DNA from: a virus
Lineage: Duplodnaviria; Caudoviricetes
IMG/VR virus record: IMGVR_UViG_3300031867_004305
Span: 64,001 to 128,000 of that record
Length of the DNA: 64,000 nucleotides
Direction: 5' to 3' (one strand)
This document shows, piece after piece, positions 9,548 through 15,265 of this stretch; the stretch's first letter is position 1, and the number at the start of each line of letters is the position of its first letter. The notes beneath the pieces were generated by a model, which saw nothing but the letters and a program-made list of their open reading frames with translations, was not told the origin of the DNA and did not search any database. Made by a program: the position numbers and the translations under genes.

Positions 9548-9688
9548 ATGATTATTAACATCACTATTGACACCGATAACAATTTTGTTTGGGCAGTAGA
9601 TGAAAATCAGGAAACCAGCATTGACTATTCCGCGTGTGATCTTTCCGCAATATCCGTAGAAGAAATTATTAACGATTTCTTAACTTGA
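9548..9688 (+). CDS. 46-aa acidic protein (not in ORF track)
   Basis: Promoter 9490, AAAGGAG RBS; TGA stop lies inside the next -35 box. Confidence 0.65.
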   Translation: MIINITIDTDNNFVWAVDENQETSIDYSACDLSAISVEEIINDFLT

Positions 9689-9762
9689 CTTCTCCCGTCG
9701 AATCTGCTATACTATATCCAGAAGGTGAAGGAAAACACCACAAACCAGAAAGGATAACGCCC

Positions 9763-10167
9763 ATGAGTAAGGCTTCTCTTGAAACTGAAATCCGCAACAA
9801 CGTTCTCCAGACCATCATTGACGCCGTGAATCCCATCAGCGACATTCTCCCGATTAGTGCCAGCGAACTCGCTCTCCCCATCGTTGACAGCGAGGGCAAC
9901 GAAAAGTTTGCCGTTATCAAAGTCAGCATTCCTCGCGGTGAGCGTGACGGCAACGGCGGTTACATCCCCTTTGACGGTTACGCCGCCGCCGAGGATTGGA
10001 AACTGGTACTTGCGGATCGTGCCGATAAGGCGGCGAAACGCAAGGAAAAGGCGGAACGTGCCGAAAAGGAAAAGGAAAGGAAACGACAGGCACGCAAGGT
10101 TGTAAAAGACCTTAACACGGTGGGCTTTAAGGCTCTCGTGTCCCAGCCGATTAATGAGGGTGAGTAA
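9763..10167 (+). CDS. Hypothetical protein, paralog family A
   Basis: AAACCAGAAAGG leader, K/E-rich helix, ends EGE*. Confidence 0.85.
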   Translation: MSKASLETEIRNNVLQTIIDAVNPISDILPISASELALPIVDSEGNEKFAVIKVSIPRGERDGNGGYIPFDGYAAAEDWKLVLADRADKAAKRKEKAERAEKEKERKRQARKVVKDLNTVGFKALVSQPINEGE

Positions 10168-10280
10168 TCACCCTCTTTGTTATTTTTATGTTAATTTTCA
10201 GGCCGGCCCGCTTTGTTAAGATTGTGTTAAATACTCCTAGAACTACTTGACTTTGAGTGGAGATTCTGCTATACTAATAT

Positions 10281-10338
10281 TGTTGAGAGGGCAAGAAAAC
10301 CTCAAGACAAAAGGGTGAAAGTCCCACCCCTCTCAACA
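10281..10338 (+). ncRNA. Candidate small RNA 1 of module 2
   Basis: Promoter 10247-10275; 11-bp closing stem TGTTGAGAGGG/CCCTCTCAACA, same ends as the 6774 RNA. Confidence 0.55.
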
Positions 10339-10383
10339 AAATCTTAACTTGACAAACTCCAAGATTTCTGCTATAATGATTAC

Positions 10384-10431
10384 ATCAGAGAGGGAAACGA
10401 GAGGTTCAAAGTTCGAGAGGTTCCGAGAGAA
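10384..10431 (+). ncRNA. Candidate small RNA 2 of module 2
   Basis: Promoter 10349-10377; GAGAGG(TTC) repeats; no ORF. Confidence 0.4.
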
Positions 10432-10527
10432 CTTAACAGAGACTTAACTTGACAAACTACTCCCAATCTGATATAATAAAGACAAGAGAGGGGAAGGAAA
10501 ACCCCACAAACCAGAAAGGGAATCATT

Positions 10528-10923
10528 ATGAAGAACACCATGACTTATGCCGTCGCTCTGTCCACCGCTATCGAGACCATGAAGGACACCAATCCCGAAG
10601 TTGCGGAGCGTCTGACCGCTCTGCGTGCGACCCTTGCGAAGCGTTCCCAGCGTAGCGAGGATTCCAAGGCTAAGGCTTCTGCGAAGCGGAAACAGCAGAA
10701 CGCCGAGAAGCGTGCCGAGATGTGTGCGGAGATCGTGCCGATTCTGCGTGAGGTCATCACCACGGACATGACCGCGAAGGAAATCTTCGCCGTTGCTCAG
10801 GATCGTCTGCCGAAGGACTTCACCGCGAACAAGGTTCAGGCGATTCTCCTGCGTGAGATGAAGGACGAGGTTATCAAGACCGAGACCAAGGGCAAGGCGA
10901 ACACCTATCGCCTTGCGGAGTGA
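10528..10923 (+). CDS. Winged-helix-like protein, paralog family B
   Basis: MTAKEIF...DFTANKVQAIL...KANTYRL; AAACCAGAAAGG leader. Confidence 0.8.
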   Translation: MKNTMTYAVALSTAIETMKDTNPEVAERLTALRATLAKRSQRSEDSKAKASAKRKQQNAEKRAEMCAEIVPILREVITTDMTAKEIFAVAQDRLPKDFTANKVQAILLREMKDEVIKTETKGKANTYRLAE

Positions 10924-10924
10924 T

Positions 10925-10953
10925 AGAAGGGGCTAACGCCCCTTCTTTTTTTT
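10925..10953 (+). terminator. Intrinsic terminator
   Basis: AGAAGGGGC-TAAC-GCCCCTTCT + T run. Confidence 0.85.
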
Positions 10954-11087
10954 ATGGCGAGTTAGCCAGGACTAACTCGGCCGGGTAATGTAAAATGTTT
11001 GTTAAGTAATCGCCCGGCCCGCGATTTAACATAATCTTTACACAGAAAAGTATTGACAACCAGCGGATTTTCTGCTATACTATTATT

Positions 11088-11174
11088 GTCGGTGGGGGAA
11101 ACGGGAGCGCGCAGGCGCAAGCGCGTTGTGGTAATTAGAAACATGCAACAGTTGATCGGCCACCTAAAGCCGAC
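11088..11174 (+). ncRNA. Candidate small RNA 1 of module 3
   Basis: Promoter 11053-11081; GTCGGT/GCCGAC closing stem and internal GC-rich hairpin; no ORF. Confidence 0.5.
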
Positions 11175-11230
11175 TTAACAAAATCTTAACTTGACATTAC
11201 AGCCTAAAAGTGCTATAATGAATACATCAA

Positions 11231-11349
11231 GGGGAGCGAACGTGGCATCAGGGGAGCCACCACGGTAAGTCGCAAGACGATTGCGTAGGCCACTTGCAAA
11301 AGAGGGTCGTCCCATGAGGGATGGAGTTCAATTCTCCCGCTCTCCACCA
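11231..11349 (+). ncRNA. tRNA-like RNA with Ala-type acceptor (G3:U70, A73, CCA) and no anticodon loop
   Basis: GGGGAGCG/CGCTCTCC-A-CCA acceptor, GGAG-TTCAATT-CTCC T-arm, four internal hairpins; promoter 11191-11219. Confidence 0.7.
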
Positions 11350-11450
11350 GATTATAACAGAATCTTAACTTGACAAATAGTTGAGAATCTGATATAATAA
11401 ATACATCAAGAGGACAAGGAAAAGTCCTAAAAACCAGAAAGGGATTTACT

Positions 11451-11840
11451 ATGAAGAATACCATCACTCGCGTTGACGCTCTGAACTACGCTATCAATGC
11501 CATCGACCAGTGTACCGAAACCGATGTTGAGGTCGTCGCTATCCTCGAGAAGATTCGCGATCAGATCGCGAAGCCTCGCAAGACCAGCGACACCGCCAAG
11601 GCGAACGCCAAGGCGAAGCGTGCGAACGCTCGTGCGGAACTGATGAAGGATGTTCTGCCCATCCTGCGGGATGCTCTGACCGAGGGCGGTACCGCCAAGG
11701 AAATCTTTGAGCGGTGTGCCGATATGCTCCCCGAAGATTTCACCAGTGCCAAGGTACAGTACATTCTGCTTCACGAACTGGCGGACGAGGTCGTTAAGAC
11801 CGAAGCCAAGGGTAAGGCGAATGTCTACACCCTGCGGTAA
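11451..11840 (+). CDS. Winged-helix-like protein, paralog family B
   Basis: TAKEIF...DFTSAKVQYIL...KANVYTL; AAACCAGAAAGG leader. Confidence 0.8.
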   Translation: MKNTITRVDALNYAINAIDQCTETDVEVVAILEKIRDQIAKPRKTSDTAKANAKAKRANARAELMKDVLPILRDALTEGGTAKEIFERCADMLPEDFTSAKVQYILLHELADEVVKTEAKGKANVYTLR

Positions 11841-11841
11841 A

Positions 11842-11865
11842 AACAGAGGGCGAAAGCCCTCTGTT
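11842..11865 (+). terminator. Intrinsic terminator
   Basis: AACAGAGGGC-GAAA-GCCCTCTGTT. Confidence 0.8.
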
Positions 11866-11974
11866 AATTTTTTGTTAAAAATCGGGCCGGGCCGTTAGTT
11901 AACCAAATCTTTACTTGACTTCTATCAAAATTGGGAGTATAATAATTATAGAAAAAAGAAAGGGGATACCGATT

Positions 11975-12184
11975 ATGGCTATCAACATTCGTCACACTTA
12001 CAGCACTCACGTTGAGATTACTTTCTATGCTGAAGATGGCATTACCCTGCGTTGTCGTGATTGCGGACAGATGGACGACATCGCCGAGCAGGTTTGTGAA
12101 GTTCTGGTTAAGCACGACTTTGCTTATGCCGATATCTGCTCCGCCGAAACTGGCGAGGTTCTCATGGTGATTGAGCGGACTTAA
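11975..12184 (+). CDS. Hypothetical protein
   Basis: Promoter 11915, AAAGGGG RBS, hairpin across stop. Confidence 0.75.
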   Translation: MAINIRHTYSTHVEITFYAEDGITLRCRDCGQMDDIAEQVCEVLVKHDFAYADICSAETGEVLMVIERT

Positions 12185-12291
12185 CGTCCGCTTAACATCT
12201 TCGCCCGGCCCACCCATGTTAAGTTTCTGTAAACCTATTGACTTTTGATCGCGATTTATGGTATTATATATATGTCAGGAGGGAACAGGAA

Positions 12292-12471
12292 ATGTTAGAT
12301 AAAGCCATTAAATCAGGCAAAGAACATCGTAAACCTTATTACGATACACGACGTTTTGATTGTACTTGTCGCAATCATGGTTCTTGTGATTGGTGTAAAG
12401 CAAATCGACTTTACCAGATTACCAGAGAAAAAGACAAAGCAAACAACAAACTTAATGAATACTTTACTTGA
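12292..12471 (+). CDS. Small Cys-containing protein (CxCRNHGxCxxC)
   Basis: AGGAGG RBS; stop lies inside the next -35 box. Confidence 0.75.
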   Translation: MLDKAIKSGKEHRKPYYDTRRFDCTCRNHGSCDWCKANRLYQITREKDKANNKLNEYFT

Positions 12472-12546
12472 CAAATCCCAAATCCTGTGCTATAATATAA
12501 TCAAGAAGTGAAGGAAAACACTTACAAACCAGAAAGGGTCTACACT

Positions 12547-12882
12547 ATGAAGATTTCCAAGGCTATCGTCGATTCCAACATCCGCACCGCTATCTTCAAT
12601 GCTCTGAACGTTGCCAACATCGAAGGATTCCACAAGATCAACGACCGCCAGTATGGTTGTATCGTTGAGGATGTCAACGGCGAACGTCGCTACGCTCGCG
12701 TGGGTGTCATCGTTGCCGAGGTCCGCGAGGACTGTACCGCCGATGAACTGATGGCGTCTGAGATCGCGGACTACAACGCGAAGCAGGAAGCCAAGGCGAA
12801 GCGTGCCGAGGAACGCAAGGCGAAAGCCGAGCGTGACAAGGCGAAGCGTGAAGCCACCAAGAAGGAAAAGGAAGGGGAGTAA
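12547..12882 (+). CDS. Hypothetical protein, paralog family A
   Basis: AAACCAGAAAGG leader, ends KEKEGE*. Confidence 0.85.
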   Translation: MKISKAIVDSNIRTAIFNALNVANIEGFHKINDRQYGCIVEDVNGERRYARVGVIVAEVREDCTADELMASEIADYNAKQEAKAKRAEERKAKAERDKAKREATKKEKEGE

Positions 12883-13012
12883 TCCCCTTCCTCCCGAAGG
12901 TTAACTTCATGTTAATTTTCGGGCCGGGCCAGAACTTAATCAAATCTTAACTTGACATTTCATTCAAAGCGGAGTATACTATATACAGAAAGAAACGAAA
13001 GGGGACTTCACA

Positions 13013-13246
13013 GTGGGCGTTTACATCGTGACTACCAATTACTTCATGAATGGCTTCTTCGGCATTTACACCACTGTCAAGCGTGCGCGTATTGCGCTTG
13101 AACAGTACTTTGCGGATGACGATGATGTCGTTGCGTTTGAGGACGTAGACAATTACAGCTATACCTTCACCACTCGTAACGGCGCACAGTTCAGCGCGGA
13201 AATTATGTGGGCCGATATTGACGAAGAATTCAAGGAGGATGAATAA
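13013..13246 (+). CDS. Hypothetical protein
   Basis: Promoter 12952, AAAGGGG RBS, GTG start. Confidence 0.75.
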   Translation: MGVYIVTTNYFMNGFFGIYTTVKRARIALEQYFADDDDVVAFEDVDNYSYTFTTRNGAQFSAEIMWADIDEEFKEDE

Positions 13247-13249
13247 TTT

Positions 13250-13441
13250 ATGAAGTGTCCTAATTGCGGAAATGAAATCTACGCGATCGATACCCTTGAT
13301 AGTGATTGTTGCGGTGACTCTTATTTTGATCGCGTTGAAGGCACTTGCCCCAATTGCGGCAAATCATGGCGATGGATTGAGGTTTTCACCTTTGACCATT
13401 GTGAAAACATAGAAGAAATAAAAGAGGACGACCATCTTTGA
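13250..13441 (+). CDS. Zinc-ribbon protein
   Basis: Two CPNC motifs; AAGGAGG RBS. Confidence 0.75.
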   Translation: MKCPNCGNEIYAIDTLDSDCCGDSYFDRVEGTCPNCGKSWRWIEVFTFDHCENIEEIKEDDHL

Positions 13442-13504
13442 TGGTCGTTAACTTTATGTTAAAAAAACGGGCCGGGCAACATCTTAACAAAAAATTAAAG
13501 TGGG

Positions 13505-13858
13505 CTATTCGCCCACTTTAACCCATTCCAATTTTATCCAATCATATTCATACAAACCTACTTCATCATGCGGTAATTCATAACCAAAATAAGAATCAAT
13601 CAATTCCATAGCTTCATGCGAAATAATTTTCTTTACACGAATTTTTTCGCATCTGTCGAAAGCATATTTAATAGCATCTAATCCTTGCTCTACTCCGTTT
13701 AAAAAAATCCAGATATACCCGCCATTTTTCCCAAAGAAATCATAAGCATTAAAAAACTCTTCCAACAGATCAAAAGCCTTGCCCTCATATTCTTCGCATT
13801 CTTCAAAGTTATCAAACTCAGTGTCATCATAAGCAACATAAGTAACAACTTCACGCAT
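13505..13858 (-). CDS. Acidic hypothetical protein (inverted cassette)
   Basis: Minus-strand promoter ~13912 and AAAGGAG RBS; flanked by spacer cores. Confidence 0.8.
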   Translation of the reverse strand: MREVVTYVAYDDTEFDNFEECEEYEGKAFDLLEEFFNAYDFFGKNGGYIWIFLNGVEQGLDAIKYAFDRCEKIRVKKIISHEAMELIDSYFGYELPHDEVGLYEYDWIKLEWVKVGE

Positions 13859-14038
13859 ACTCAGTATCTCCTTTCCTTTTCTACATATATAATATCATAA
13901 ACCCAACCCAAAGTCAAGTTAAATCCAGGTTAATAAACCGCCCGCCGCGAACTTTACATAAACTTTACACAAACTCTGTTGCTTCTTAACAGTCGAATAT
14001 GGTATTATATACATACAAAAGGAAAGGGGATTTCAAAA

Positions 14039-14266
14039 ATGTTGAAGTTCATTATCATGCTCGCGGTTTCCATTTGGCTCACTTCCTCTCTGTTTATGCT
14101 GTTCTTTTGGGCGAATGCTTTCATCACTACCTTGCGGAAAGATGGTAAAATTTTCCTGATGCCGTTTGGTCAATTCCTCTATTTCCACTTCTGCCCTATT
14201 GTACATACTGTCAAGTGCTTTAAAATCATGCGACAAATGGCCGAATTGACGAAACGCGGAGTGTAA
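14039..14266 (+). CDS. Small membrane protein
   Basis: AAAGGGG RBS; hydrophobic; hairpin across stop. Confidence 0.7.
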   Translation: MLKFIIMLAVSIWLTSSLFMLFFWANAFITTLRKDGKIFLMPFGQFLYFHFCPIVHTVKCFKIMRQMAELTKRGV

Positions 14267-14404
14267 ACTCCGCGTTAAGTTTTCGCCCGGGCAGTAATGT
14301 AAATTCTATGTTAAGGAATTACCCGGCCCGAAATTTAACAAAAAGTCAACATAAACCCTCGCACAGATTTAACATTACTATGGTATAATATCGGGGGAGG
14401 CACC

Positions 14405-14441
14405 AGTTAGCCTAAACTAACCGAGTTAGTTGTGGCTAACT
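14405..14441. promoter_or_regulatory. Tandem pair of AGTTAG-N6-CTAAC(T/C) palindromes, mirror of 331-372
   Basis: 14405-14422 and 14424-14441. Confidence 0.7.
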
Positions 14442-14532
14442 AACTTTTTCGGGCTTCGGGCTTCCCCTCTTCAGTATAGCACACTTTGTGTTAAGAATCA
14501 AGCATTTTTGTGTTAAGTTTAGGTTAAGTTCA

Positions 14533-14572
14533 CACTTTAGCATGGTAGCACTTTAGCATGGTAAAGTGGTAA
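14533..14572. repeat. Short 8-bp-period array related to 38-317
   Basis: CACTTTAG CATGGTAG CACTTTAG CATGGTAA AGTGGTAA. Confidence 0.75.
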
Positions 14573-14652
14573 ATCCCTAAAGTCCTACTATTTGACTATA
14601 GTATAAATTTATGTTATAATTATTTTAGAAAGGGAGGGTTATATTACACGGC

Positions 14653-14845
14653 AAGCTGGAAACGGGCCCGCGAGCTGGAAGCTGGACAAGCTGGATACGA
14701 GCTGGAAGCTGAATCACCGGCCAGCTGGAACCAACGCCACACGAGCTGGAAATTCCTGGCCAGGCTGGCGAGCTGGAAAGCTGATGCCAAGTATTTGACA
14801 AGCTGGAACTTTCTGGCCCGTTAGGAGCCATATAGAAGCTGGAAT
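14653..14845 (+). repeat. Cluster of about 10-13 AGCTGG(AA) direct repeats (iteron-like)
   Basis: Direct observation; abuts the AT-rich tract. Confidence 0.8.
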
Positions 14846-15003
14846 TTTTTAAAAAAAATATCCCATTCTAGTATAACATAAATTATTTATTTTGTCAAAT
14901 AAATAATTATTTTTTATTTTAAAATAAAATTTTTTTATTTATTAAAATAAATTAAAATAATTTAAAAATAATTAAAATACTTTTCTTTTGAGAAAATAAA
15001 AAT
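14846..15003. other. Very AT-rich tract (possible DNA unwinding element)
   Basis: Nearly G/C-free run between the AGCTGG repeats and the helicase operon. Confidence 0.5.
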
Positions 15004-15016
15004 TGGAGGTACGAAA

Positions 15017-15265
15017 ATGTATTACCGTGAAGTCATAAAACACCCTTTTGGCGAACATGTCGTAAGTGATTTTATTACATCTGACATATTAGGCATCGGG
15101 GCGAAAAATAAAAAACTTTATAAATGTTATTCTAATGAGCTGGTATACGATTGGGTGGAAAGCTGGGGAGAAAATATGACACCAGAAGATTTTCACTTTC
15201 ATTATATATTTGACACATCTAAATTTGATTGGTATATTAACTTAAAGGAGCATATAATAGAATGA
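15017..15265 (+). CDS. Hypothetical protein
   Basis: GGAGGT RBS; overlaps helicase start. Confidence 0.75.
   Translation: MYYREVIKHPFGEHVVSDFITSDILGIGAKNKKLYKCYSNELVYDWVESWGENMTPEDFHFHYIFDTSKFDWYINLKEHIIE

Larger units (their letters stand above)
324..14345. repeat. Dispersed composite spacer repeat (GTTAA-N6-GTTAA / GC core GGCCGGCC-like / TTAAC-N6-TTAAC), ~30 copies, delimiting gene cassettes
   Basis: Cores near 324, 474, 1638, 2119, 2731, 3134, 3388, 3796, 5032, 5329, 5906, 6565, 6602, 7394, 7428, 8244, 8606, 9460, 10201, 10977, 11012, 11883, 12203, 12920, 13468, 14284, 14322; variants near 1147, 3687, 4357, 13938. Confidence 0.9.

Noticed and set aside
11231-11349. Canonical tRNA-Ala or full tmRNA
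   Set aside because: No anticodon stem-loop, and far too short for a tmRNA with a tag reading frame and pseudoknots.
1175-12508. TTG/GTG start codons given by the ORF track (1175, 2159, 2402, 3841, 8855, 9685, 11915, 12238, 12508 etc.)
   Set aside because: Most are the TTG of the -35 box; downstream ATGs with an RBS were used instead.
580-12943. Antisense/overlapping ORFs over GC3-rich genes (e.g. 580-1146, 4768-4971, 6898-7248, 10449-10655, 11427-11774, 12707-12943)
   Set aside because: Shadow frames of genes that have clear promoters and RBSs.
324-14345. CRISPR array interpretation of the dispersed repeats
   Set aside because: Repeats are degenerate and separated by hundreds of bases containing genes; no uniform 30-40-nt spacers and no cas genes.
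324-14345. Classical integron
   Set aside because: No integrase in the window, cassettes carry their own promoters, and I could not fit the spacers to canonical attC R/L box structure; kept only as an analogy.
14625-14831. Minus-strand 68-aa ORF
   Set aside because: Translation of the AGCTGG repeats.
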